Below, piece after piece: positions 12,021 to 23,374 of a stretch of 64,000 bases of DNA (positions within the stretch are counted from its first letter, which is position 1; each line of letters begins with the position of its first letter). Both the position numbers and the translations under genes were made by a program. The notes beneath the pieces were generated by a model. The model was given only the letters and a program-made list of their open reading frames with translations, was not told the origin of the DNA and searched no databases. This stretch comes from Macrostomum lignano. Lineage: Eukaryota. Location: NCBI GenBank assembly GCA_002269645.1, contig NIVC01001242.1:215954-279953 (forward strand), given 5' to 3'.

Positions 12021-12266
12021 GGGGTGATGGTGTGAAGAGCAGGCAGTACACAGGTGCCGATCAATCCGGAGGCCTCACCTGCAGGCAGAAGTTGATCCGC
12101 TGCTGAAACTGGTCAGCGGGCTCGGCAGTGCCGTACAGGTCGGCGGTCTCCCGGCTGCTCAAGGTGCCGGCCTTGTGATCGATGGTGGCCTCGATCACGC
12201 CGTCGCGAATAGCCTTGGCGGCCACGTATTCGGCTTCCTCGGCCGAGTCCAGCTGCAGCTGCAGCT

Positions 12267-15200
12267 ACAAACATTATTGTTGAGCGAAATCGCTTTTGGA
12301 CCCGGCAGCAGAAGGAGGGAGAAGCATTTTCTGATTTTTTGATGGAATTACGAGACCTCATGAGAACTTGTGCGTTTTGTCAGCATGCCGACGATCTATT
12401 GAGAGATAAAATTGTCCTGGGAATACGAAACCCGGACACAGTTAAAAGACTATTAGCCGAGCCAAAGCTTAGCTTATCAGAAGCGGTAACCATTTGCCAA
12501 GCTGAAGAAGCGTCTATCAAACAGCGGGACGAAATTTGCAAGTCAGCGAGCCTGAATGCGCTAAAAATATCTGCGTACAGGACGACTAAGCACCCGGGAT
12601 TCCTAAAAGGACAACCCCAGACGAGCAAAAGTCAATCGTGTGGCTACTGCGGTAAGCAAAAGCACTCGGGTGAGACATGTCCGGCCAGAGACAAAACTTG
12701 TCGTCGCTGTGGCAAAAAAGGGCACTTCGATAGAGTGTGCCGCTCGAAAAATACACTAAGCAAAAAACCCAGTGAATCGTCGCGAAAAGGAAGCATTCAA
12801 TCGCTAATAGCCATGTTGCAACCTGATTGTCCCGTAGTGAATGTACAAATCGGAGGTGTCACACTAACAATGATGCCCGACACTGGCTCAAATATAACCG
12901 CTATCAGAGTAGAAGACATGCAAAAGCTGGCAAGGAGGCCACGAATTTTAGAAGCCGCTGATGGTCCAACAGCCGCGAATGGACAGTACATGAAAGTAAT
13001 AGGAAAGTTTCGCGACTCAATCTCGATCGGTGAGACCAAGATCACAACAGACATTTACGTTCTTGATCGCCTGACGGTACCGGTCTTGTCATGGAGAGCA
13101 TGTGTTGATTTGGGAATAATTCCCAGGTATTTTCCTCGACAACAAATCAACTCGATCGCCACAAGAACTGCTACAGCAGAAGACCTAATCAGCGAATTCC
13201 TGGCTGTATTCGATGGGATAGTAAGACCAATGAAGGGTGAAGCATTTTCGATCAAGCTTCGTGAAGACGCTCAACCTTTCTCCATTAAGACACCAAGGAG
13301 GATACCGTTCCCATTGTACGAGCATTGGATACGGATGTGCGTCGACTTTCGGGAATTAAACAAATATGTTATTCGACCAAGGTACCAGTCTCAGACGCCA
13401 TTGGAAGTCGTTGCAAGCACAGATGCTAGTCGCGCCAAGTATTTCTCTGTAGTTGACGCCTTGAAAGGATACCACCAAATACCGCTGGCTAAAGAAAGTA
13501 TGCACCTGACAACGTTCATCACGCCGTTTGGTCGTTATATGTTTAGGATGGCACCATTCGGTATAAGCTCTATTTCTGAGTATTACAACCAGAGACTTGA
13601 CGACACTTTTCAAGGACTCAAGGAAGTTCGGCATGTCGTTGATGATTGTCTGGTCGCAACTTCTGACGAGGAATCACACGTACAAGCGGTTCGTCAGTTT
13701 CTGCAGCGCTGTCAAGACAATGGGGTAGCATTAAATAAAAAGAAGTTTGCATTTTGCAAGACTCAAATTGATTTTGCCGGATTTCGATTGTCAGCTGATG
13801 GCTACAGCATTGATCCGGAGCTTATGAAAGCGGTCAGACAATTTCCCACTCCAAACAATATTACCGACCTACGCGCGTTCTTTGGCCTAGTCAACCAAGT
13901 CGGCACGTTTACGTCAGACATAGCAGAAGTCACAGCCTCGTTAAGGCCGCTGCTGTCCGAGAAGAATTTATTTCAATGGGGAGACGAACATCAAACGGCA
14001 TTTGAAGAAGCCCGTCGCCGCCTGGCAATTGCTCCTACACTGGCCTATTATGACCAACGCAAGCCAACAGCCCTGCACACGGATGCATCTCGACTTAAGG
14101 GAATCGGATTCTTGTTCAAACAGCAGCAGACCGATGGAAGCTGGCGTGTGGTTCAAGCTGGCTCGAGATTCATTTCAGAGACCGAGTCACGCTATGCCAT
14201 GATCGAGTTGGAACTGTTAGCTGTGGTCTGGGCGACTCAGAAGTGCAGACTCTTCCTTGAGGGGCTTCATGAGTTTGAAATTGTAACCGACCACAAGCCG
14301 CTGATACCAATCCTGAACAGTTACCAGCTGGATCAAATAGAAAATCCCAGAATTCAGCGTCTTCGAGCGAAACTGAACCGCTACGTATACAAGGCGCGAT
14401 GGGTAAAAGGCAAGGACAATGCCGACGCAGACGCTCTGTCGCGAGCACCAGTGGACAATCCGACTGCACAGGATGAACTGGGCGAGTCTGCAGATTTTCA
14501 ACTTACCAATCAGCTCTTAATGCACCTCGAATCAGCAGAGCTGGATCCTATTCTGCAAAGCGTGCGACAAAGCACAGCTTCTGATCAGGAGTTGCAAGAC
14601 CTGATGCAATATATTCGGGATGGCTTTCCCAATGACAAGGCAAACTTACCTCTTTGCATTCGGTCATTTTGGCATGTAAGAGACAAGCTCTCAGTCGACG
14701 ACGGCATCATTCTATGCGGATGTCGTTGCGTCATACCACATGCAATGAGGAAGCAGATTTTGACGGACTTACACGCAAGTCACCAAGGTCTGCACAAGAC
14801 AAAGCAGAGAGCAAGGATGGTCGTCTACTGGCCTGGCATCGATCGGGACATTGAAAATACAGTCAAGCAGTGTCAGTCCTGTCGGGAACATCTACCATCG
14901 CAGATCAGGGAGCCGATGACAACCCAGGACCAACCGGATCGATGTTTTCAACACATACATGCAGATTTCTGCGAGCATGCCGGCAAGAAGTTCCTTGTGC
15001 TCGTGGATGCATACTCAGGCTGGCCAGCGTTCTGTCATTTCGGTGATCGAGCACCCACGTACAAGCTGATAAACGCTTGCCGCGAATTCTTTTGCCAGAC
15101 AGCTGTACCGGAGAAATTCTGTGCAGACTGTGGGCCACAATTTAAAGCACAGCCGTTCGTTAATTTTCTACGTCGCTGGGGTGTGAACATCAAATACTCA

Positions 15201-16056
15201 TCTCCGTATTACCATCAAAGCAATGGAAGAGCAGAAGCTGCCGTGAAAAGTATAAAGAAGATCGTTCGAGGAGCATGGGACAGTCGCTTGAATGACTTGG
15301 ACAAAGACAAGATGGCTCAGGGTTTGCTGCAGCTGCGAAACACGCCCATGTACGATGGCAGAATTCCATCTGTAATGGTCTATGGACACACAGTCAGAGA
15401 CACGCTGCCCGCGCATAGGAAAAGTTTTGCAAAGGAATGGAAGGACAAGGTCTGGAAAATGGAGGAAAAAGCTGCAGAAATTCACGCTAAAGTTCATCAA
15501 CACTACAATGCTTCGAAGCGACAACTGGAACCTCTCCGAGTCGGCAGTCACGTTGTTCTTCAAAACCCTGTCACAAAGCTTTGGGACAAGAAGGGCGTCG
15601 TAGTAGAAGTTGGTCGGCACCAGGACTATATGGTCAAGTTAGTAAGCGGCCGAATTTTCCGTCGCAATCGTGTGTACATCCGCCGATGTCTACCACAAGA
15701 ACAGCTCTCTACTACTGGTGCATCTCAGAAGGAAGGTGAAGCACAGGACGCCCCGGACAAGCCAAAGACCGCACAGCCAAGGCGAAGTCAACGGTCGAAC
15801 AAGGGAGTCCCGGCACCCAAGTTGCATTACAGGAAGTTGGGTGAACCAGTTAACGCTTAAAAGGGGAGATGAGGAAGAAAGAACTGTAAAACTGTTTTGC
15901 TTAAAAGGGGAGATGTTGTGTGCGTATGCGAATATTCGTCTATGTGCGAAACCATCTGCCCCCGTTTATATATCGACCCCAAACAAGCGACCAAATATAT
16001 AAAAATCATTCTCGGCCTAGCACCGATTACTGTGGCTTAATGCCAAGAACATAACA
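12267..16056 (+). mobile_element. Ty3/Gypsy LTR retrotransposon (Mag-like gag-pol), 5'-truncated, with 3' LTR
   Basis: One open frame 12267-15860: gag (NIIVERNRF..LRDKIVLG), two CCHC knuckles, protease DTGS, RT (DALKGYHQ, VVDD), RNase H (TDAS, ELELLA, TDHKPL), integrase (HASHQG..CQSC, HADF, ADCGPQF, NGRAE). PPT AAAAGGGGAGA precedes LTR TGTTG...TAACA at 15914-16056. Confidence 0.92.
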
Positions 16057-16102
16057 TAGCCGGCGTTTTATTGCCTGTGACTCTATACTGACTCTATACT
16101 GG

Positions 16103-17050
16103 CCCAGAAACCCAGAGATTGAAAAATGTCTATGGCATCAAAAACCATCTCCCAATCACTAAAGCAAGTGCCCAGTATGGCCTGCTGTGCAGGCCATGAC
16201 TGATTTAAAGACGTCCATTATGCATTTCCATTGTGTATTCACTCAAATGGGAAATGTTAAAGGGGAATTAAAGCGTGAATGAATTAGCATTGATCTGGAC
16301 AGAGACCAGGATTTCCGGGACATTGGCTGCAGCAAAATACTGTCTTCTTAGCTGGAACGTCAGGTTTCAGATTCGGAATCGTTTGCTTGGGCGAGTCTGG
16401 GCTTCCGTTGCAGGGAGTCGTCCGTGTATATATGGTATCCTTCGCCCAGCACTTCGCGGCTAAGCTCAACAACAACTCTCGCTCTCTTCCTCGCCATTTC
16501 TGCACTCTCCTGCTGGAACTCCCTGACAGCCAACCGCATTCGCTCATTGGTCCATGTGACAAGACTGTGGTGAGAAACTCTTCAGTCAGGAAGATTGATA
16601 AAAATTATTTCATACTTTCGTCTGGATTTTCTGGTAGACCAGTGCTTAGATTGATGGTCGAAAACCCTCGGAATTCCGGCACCCCATCGTGGTCAAACGA
16701 GTTGTCATTTCCAGGGGTTACTTCAACCCATTCCGCGGTCGCCTCATCTTGGCTCTGATCAATTTCTGGATCCATGCCTTCCGACTCCGTTTCTGACTCA
16801 AAAACCGTCGAGTCATTGCTTGATAAAGCGTCTTCCGAATCGGAATCGAGTCCCAGTCTACGCAAGGCGTCACTTTTAGCTCTCCTATTCGGCCGCGTAA
16901 AAGCCATTTGTGGGTAGGAAGGTTTGAACAGGAGCTAGCTGAAAAACTATGTGATATACTTTACTTCTGGGCTTCTAGGGTGTGCACTCGATTCAGCAAA
17001 AAAGACAAATTTGTCTATGGACTGCTCTGCAGGCCTTTCGGCTTTTAAGC
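16103..17050 (-). mobile_element. Internally deleted piggyBac (PGBD4-like) relic
   Basis: Acidic N-terminus (SDSEDALSS..), FLSIFLTEEFL..VTWTNE, VVELSREVLGEGYHIHTDD and a C-terminal Cys-rich KTVFCCSQCPGNPGLC. TIR-like CCCAGAAACCCAGA (16103) versus CCCTAGAAGCCCAGA (reverse complement, ~16980). TTAA TSD not clearly present. Confidence 0.7.
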
Positions 17051-17083
17051 CATCTTACAGAACCAAGCTTGGGCGCGAAGTGG

Positions 17084-18157
17084 ATAATGACTCTGGGGCC
17101 CCTGTATAATGACTCTGGGGCGCCTCTATAATGACTCTGGGGCCCCTGTATAATGACTCTGGGGCGCCTCTATAATGACTCTGGGGCGCCTCTATAATGA
17201 CTCTGGGGCGCCTCTATAATGACTATGGGGCGCCTCTATAATGACTCTGGGGCGCCTCTATAATGACTATGGGGCGCCTCTATAATGACTCTGGGGCGAC
17301 TCTATAATGACTCTGGGGCGCCTCTATAATGACTCTGGGGCGCCTCTATAATGACTCTGGGGCGCCTCTATAATGACTATGGGGCGCCTCTATAATGACT
17401 CTGGGGCGACTCTATAATGACTCTGGGGCGCCTCTATAATGACTCTGGGGCGCCTCTATAATGACTCTGGGGCGCCTCTATACTGACTCTGGGGCGACTC
17501 TATAATGACTCTGGGGCGCCTCTATAATGACTCTGGGGCGCCTCTATACTGACTCTGGGGCGCCTCTATAATGACTCTGGGGCGCCTCTATAATGACTCT
17601 GGGGCGCCTCTATAATGACTCTGGGGCGCCTCTATACTGACTCTGGGGCGCCTCTATAATGACTCTGGGGCGCCTCTATAATGACTCTGGGGCGCCTCTA
17701 TAATGACTCTGGGGCGCCTCTATACTGACTCTGGGGCGCCTCTATAATGACTCTGGGGCGCCTCTATAATGACTCTGGGGCGCCTCTATAATGACTCTGG
17801 GGCGCCTCTATAATGACTCTGGGGCGCCTCTATAATGACTCTGGGGCGCCTCTATACTGACTCTGGGGCGCCTCTATAATGACTCTGGGGCGCCTCTATA
17901 ATGACTCTGGGGCGCCTCTATACTGACTCTGGGGCGCCTCTATACTGACTCTGGGGCGCCTCTATACTGACTCTGGGGCGCCTCTATAATAACTCTGGGG
18001 CGCCTCTATACTGACTCTGGGGCGCCTCTATAATGACTCTGGGGCGCCTCTATACTGACTCTGGGGCGCCTCTATAATGACTCTGGGGCGCCTCTATACT
18101 GACTCTGGGGCGCCTCTATAATGACTCTGGGGCGCCTCTATACTGACTCTGGGGCGC
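17084..18157. repeat. 22-bp minisatellite, ~48 copies, made of the PSMD3 exon end plus donor
   Basis: Plus unit TATAATGACTCTGGGGCGCCTC; minus GCGCCCCAGA|GTCAGTATAGAG. The exon ends ..GGCAGCGCCCCAGA|GTCAGT at 18148. Confidence 0.9.
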
Positions 18158-18814
18158 TGCCATGAAGCAGTAGGCAGTAACAAACCTACATTTTGGTGCA
18201 GATCTGACGAAATCGCAGAGCCCGCTGACCACTGGCAGCTTTAGCGCAGCGCCTGCTGCAGATGCTGAGCGGCCCGGCCCAGGTAGAATTGGTACCTGGC
18301 CAGCTCGTGATTCGGCGCCAGCTCGGGAAAGGCGCACTTTTTAACTAGCCTGGCGGCCTGGTCTAGCAGGCGGTCCATCAGGTAGGAGCGCAGCAGGCAG
18401 TTGGTGAGGGTGGCGCAGCCGCTGCAGCATCTGGGGCCGCACGGTGGCCAGCTGGCCAGCTGAACTGGCCGGTGCGTTGCCATAGCAACTGGGAACAGCT
18501 AACAGCCTCAGCTTGGCGATTCGAGTCGAGCAAGTGTAGCAGCAGCAATAGGTGAAGAAACACTTCCGTTTCTGGGAGCAGGCGGTGGGAGGCCTGAGCA
18601 CTCTGGCCTGTTGGGTGGGGGGGAGGTTTACAGTTGGAAGTGTGGCATACAAGGGTTTAAATCAATAATAAAGAGGACATTGTGCCATAACACTTCTGAA
18701 CGACTTCTGATAGGGTCAGGTATACCCGTTTCGGTGACACCAGAGCAAGCAACGCACACGTATCACCCCGAAAACAGCCTAATTTTTTAAGCCTGCTTTT
18801 CTCCCTACGGGCGG

Positions 18815-19390
18815 CCTATCCCCCGCTCCCCCAAAGAAAATTTCCCTCCCTAGGGGAGGCCTATCTTCCCCTCCCCTCCCCCCCCCGAAGAAAATTTCCC
18901 TCCCTAGGGGAGGCCTATCTTCCCCTCCCCTCCCCCCCCCCGAAGAAAATTTCCCTCCCTAGGGGAGGCCTATCTTCCCCTCCCCTCCCCCCCGAAGAAA
19001 ATTTCCCTCCTTAAGGGAGGCCTATCTTCCCCTCCCCTCCCCCCCGAAGAAAATTCCCCTCCCTATGGGCGGCCTAATCCCCCCCGAAGAAAATTCCCCT
19101 CCCTATGGGCGGCCTAATCCCCCCCGAAGAAAATTCCCCTCCCTAGGGGCGGCCTATCTCCCCGCAAAGAAAATTCCCCTCCCTATAGGCGGCCTAATCT
19201 CCCCCCGAAGAAAATTCCCCTCCCTATGGGCGGCCTAATCTCCCCCCACGAAGAAAATTCCCCTCTCTATGGGCGGCCTAATCTCCTCCCCCCCCCGAAG
19301 AAAATTCCCCTCCCTAGGGGCGGCCTAATCTCCCCCCCCCGAAGAAAATTCCCCTCCCTAGGGGCGGCTTATCTTCCCCGAAAAAAATTT
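18815..19390. repeat. C-rich intronic minisatellite, ~40-55-bp variable unit
   Basis: CCCCCGAAGAAAATTCCCCTCCCTA(G/T)GGGCGGCCTA(A/T)C recurs ~12 times. Confidence 0.9.
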
Positions 19391-19697
19391 CTGGCTAAGC
19401 ACCTGATACGGATACAGTATGTACAAAGGCTCCAGCTCACACCGGGTGTTCAGCGGTCCTGACTGCCTCCATAGTCAGACATGTACACTCTCTGTGCAAG
19501 CAAGATTCAAAAGTCACAGCTACGAGTATTGCGTCCGGAAAGTTAAAAAACAACACACTGTATCACCGGAACCGGAACTGGCAGCCGACAGGAAGGCCAG
19601 GAAGGCGTCTTTGCTGGGCGACACGCCGGGGAAGTAGGCCTGGGCCAGGCGGAGCAGCACGGCCTCGTTCAGGCGACACCGGAGTGGCACCAGCGAG

Positions 19698-22600
19698 CTG
19701 TCTGGGGGATGCTTGCTACCTGGGGGATGCTTGCTGTCTGGGGGATGCTTGCTGTCTGGGGGATGCTTGCTGTCTGGGGGATGCTTGCTGTCTGGGGGAT
19801 GCTTGCTATCTGGGGGATGCTTGCTGTCTGAGGGATGCTTGCTGTCTGGGGGATGCTTGCTGTCTGGGGGATGCTTGCTATCTGAGGGATGCTTGCTGTC
19901 TGGGGGATGCTTGCTGTCTGGGGATAGTTGCTATCTGGGGGATGCTTGCTGTCTGGGGGATGCTTGCTGTCTGGGGATGCTTGCTGTCTGTGGGATGCTT
20001 GCTATCTGGGGGATGCTTGCTGTCTGGGGGATGGTTGCTATCTGGGGGATGCTTGCTATCTGGGGGATGGTTGCTATCTGAGGGATGCTTGCTGTCTGGG
20101 GGATTCTTGCTATCTGGGGGATGCTTGCTACCTGGGGGATGCTTGCTGTCTGGGGGATGCTTGCTGTCTGGTGGATGCTTGCTATCTGGGGGATGCTTGC
20201 TGTCTGGGGGATTCTTGCTGTCTGGGGGATGCTTGCTGTCTGGGGGATAGTTGCTATCTGGGGATGCTTGCTGTCTGGGGGATGCTTGCTGTCTGGGGGA
20301 TGCTTGCTGTCTGTGGGATGCTTGCTATCTGGGGGATGCTTGCTATCTGGGGGATGGTTGCTATCTGAGGGATGCTTGCTGTCTGGGGGATTCTTGCTAT
20401 CTGGGGGATGCTTGCTACCTGGGGGATGCTTGCTGTCTGGGGGATGCTTGCTGTCTGGTGGATGCTTGCTATCTGGGGGATGCTTGCTGTCTGGGGGATT
20501 CTTGCTGTCTGGGGGATGCTTGCTGTCTGTGGGATGCTTGCTGTCTGGGGGATTCTTGCTATCTGGGGGATGCTTGCTACCTGGGGGATGCTTGCTACCT
20601 GGGGGATGCTTGCTGTCTGGTGGATGCTTGCTATCTGGGGGATGCTTGCTGTCTGGGGGATGCTTGCTGTCTGGGGGATTCTTGCTATCTGGGGGATGCT
20701 TGCTACCTGGGGGATGCTTGCTGTCTGGGGGATGCTTGCTGTCTGGGGGATGCTTGCTGTCTGGGGGATGCTTGCTGTCTGGGGGATGCTTGCTGTCTGG
20801 GGGATGCTTACTATCTGGGTGATGCTTGCTGTCTGGGGGATGCTTGCTATCTGGGGGATGCTTGCTATCTGAGGGATGCTTGCTGTCTGAGGGATGCTTG
20901 CTGTCTGGGGGATGCTTACTATCTGGGGGATGCTTACTATCTGGGGGATGCTTGCTGTCTGGGGGATGCTTACTATCTGGGGGATGCTTGCTATCTGGGG
21001 GATGCTTGCTATCTGGGGGATGCTTGCTGTCTGAGGGATGCTTGCTGTCTGGGGGATGCTTGCTGTCTGGTGGATGCTTGCTATCTGAGGGATGCTTGCT
21101 GTCTGGGGGATGCTTGCTGTCTGGGGGATGCTTGCTGTCTGGGGGATGCTTACTATCTGGGGGATGCTTGCTGTCTGGGGGATGCTTGCTATCTGGGGGA
21201 TGCTCGCTATCTGGGGGATGCTTGCTATCTGGGGGATGCTTGCTGTCTGAGGGATGCTTGCTGTCTGGGGGATGCTTGCTGTCTGGGGGATGCTTGCTGT
21301 CTGGGGGATGCTTGCTGTCTGGGGGATGCTTGCTGTCTGAGGGATGCTTGCTGTCTGGGGGATGCTTGCTGTCTGGGGGATTCTTGCTATCTGGGGGATG
21401 CTTGCTGTCTGGTGGATGCTTGCTATCTGAGGGATGCTTGCTGTCTGGGGGATGCTTGCTGTCTGGGGGATAGTTGCTATCTGGGGGATGCTTGCTGTCT
21501 GGGGGATAGTTGCTATCTGGGGGATGCTTGCTGTCTGGGGGATGCTTGCTGTCTGTGGGATGGTTGCTATCTGGGGGATGCTTGCTATCTGGGGGATGCT
21601 TGCTGTCTGGGGGATGCTTGCTATCTGGGGATGCTTGCTATCTGGGGGATTCTTGCTGTCTGGGGGATGCTTGCTGTCTGGGGATGCTTGCTGTCTGGGG
21701 GATGCTTGCTGTCTGGGGGATCTTACTATCTGGGGGATGCTTGCTGTCTGGGGGATGCTTGCTATCTGGGGGATGCTCGCTATCTGGGGGATGCTTGCTA
21801 TCTGGGGGATGCTTGCTGTCTGAGGGATGCTTGCTGTCTGGGGGATGCTTGCTGTCTGGGGGATGCTTGCTATCTGAGGGATGCTTGCTGTCTGGGGGAT
21901 GCTTGCTATCTGAGGGATGCTTGCTGTCTGGGGGATGCTTGCTGTCTGGGGGATAGTTGCTATCTGGGGGATGCTTGCTGTCTGGGGGATGCTTGCTGTC
22001 TGGGGGATGCTTGCTGTCTGTGGGATGCTTGCTATCTGGGGGATGCTTGCTATCTGGGGGATGGTTGCTATCTGAGGGATGCTTGCTGTCTGGGGGATGC
22101 TTGCTATCTGAGGGATGCTTGCTGTCTGGGGGATGCTTGCTGTCTGGTGGATGCTTGCTATCTGAGGGATGCTTGCTGTCTGGGGGATGCTTGCTGTCTG
22201 GGGGATAGTTGCTATCTGGGGGATGCTTGCTGTCTGGGGGATGCTTGCTGTCTGTGGGATGGTTGCTATCTGGGGGATGCTTGCTATCTGGGGGATGCTT
22301 GCTGTCTGGGGGATGCTTGCTATCTGGGGGATGCTTGCTATCTGGGGGATGCTTGCTGTCTGGGGGATGCTTGCTGTCTGGTGGATGCTTGCTATCTGAG
22401 GGATGCTTGCTGTCTGGGGGATGCTTGCTGTCTGGGGGATGCTTGCTGTCTGGGGGATGCTTACTATCTGGGGGATGCTTGCTGTCTGGGGGATGCTTGC
22501 TATCTGGGGGATGCTCGCTATCTGGGGGATGCTTGCTATCTGGGGGATGCTTGCTGTCTGAGGGATGCTTGCTGTCTGGGGGATGCTTGCTGTCTGGGGG

Positions 22601-23300
22601 ATGCTTGCTGTCTGGGGGATGCTTGCTATCTGAGGGATGCTTGCTGTCTGAGGGATGCTTGCTATCTGGGGGATGCTTGCTGTCTGGGGGATGCTTGCTG
22701 TCTGGGGGATGCTTGCTATCTGAGGGATGCTTGCTGTCTGGGGGATGCTTGCTGTCTGGTGGATGCTTGCTATCTGAGGGATGCTTGCTGTCTGGGGGAT
22801 GCTTGCTGTCTGGGGGATGCTTGCTATCTGGGGGATGCTTGCTACCTGGGGGATGCTTGCTATCTGGGGGATGCTTGCTGTCTGGGGGATGCTTGCTGTC
22901 TGGGGGATGCTTGCTATCTGGGGGATGCTTGCTGTCTGGGGGATGCTTGCTGTCTGGTGGATGCTTGCTATCTGAGGGATGCTTGCTGCCTGGGGGATGC
23001 TTGCTGTCTGGGGGATGGTTGCTATCTGGGGGATGCTTGCTATCTGGGGGATGCTTGCTGTCTGGGGGATGCTTGCTGTCTGGGGGATGCTTGCTGTCTG
23101 GGGGATGCTTGCTGTCTGGGGATGCTTGCTGTCTGGGGGATGCTTGCTGTCTGGGGGATGCTTGCTGTCTGGGGGATGCTTGCTGTCTGGGGGATGCTTG
23201 CTGTCTGGGGGATGCTTGCTATCTGGGGGATGGTTGCTATCTAGGGGATGCTTGCTGTCTGGGGGATGCTTACTATCTGGGGGATGCTTGCTATCTGGGG
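19698..23300. repeat. 18-bp minisatellite, ~200 copies, abutting the PSMD3 acceptor
   Basis: TCTGGGGGATGCTTGCTG and variants; the minus unit carries CATCCCCCAG|ACAG and runs straight into the exon. Confidence 0.95.
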
Positions 23301-23374
23301 GGCACTAGAAGGGGGCACTAGATTGCTAGTCAATACATTAATAACATAGATAGTTACCAATCAATCAAACGAAC

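Larger units (their letters stand above)
11613..19701 (-). pseudogene. PSMD3: 26S proteasome regulatory subunit Rpn3 pseudogene (5' exon and a middle exon absent)
   Basis: Exons ~19701-19560 (SSLVPLRCRLNEAVL), 18607-18148 (LLPETEVFLHLLLL...ATLTNCLLRSYL...ARYQFYLGR), 12265-12079 (LQLDSAEEAEYVAAKAIRDGVIEA...QRINFCLQ) and 11780-11613 (AMRYPPK...[12 protein letters not shown]) align with PSMD3. Lesions: three internal deletions, a +1 frameshift (CGC T AAA) and a premature TAG. Confidence 0.9.

Noticed and set aside
15857-15913. Start of the 3' LTR at the first PPT copy (TGAGG)
   Set aside because: The second PPT gives TGTT...AACA termini that pair with 16056, so the first copy is treated as a duplication.
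19684-23321. Cys-rich ORFs up to 997 aa (LGDACC/GGCLLS repeats) resembling metallothionein or keratin-associated proteins
   Set aside because: They are translations of an 18-bp intronic minisatellite; several frames are open and indels switch between them freely.
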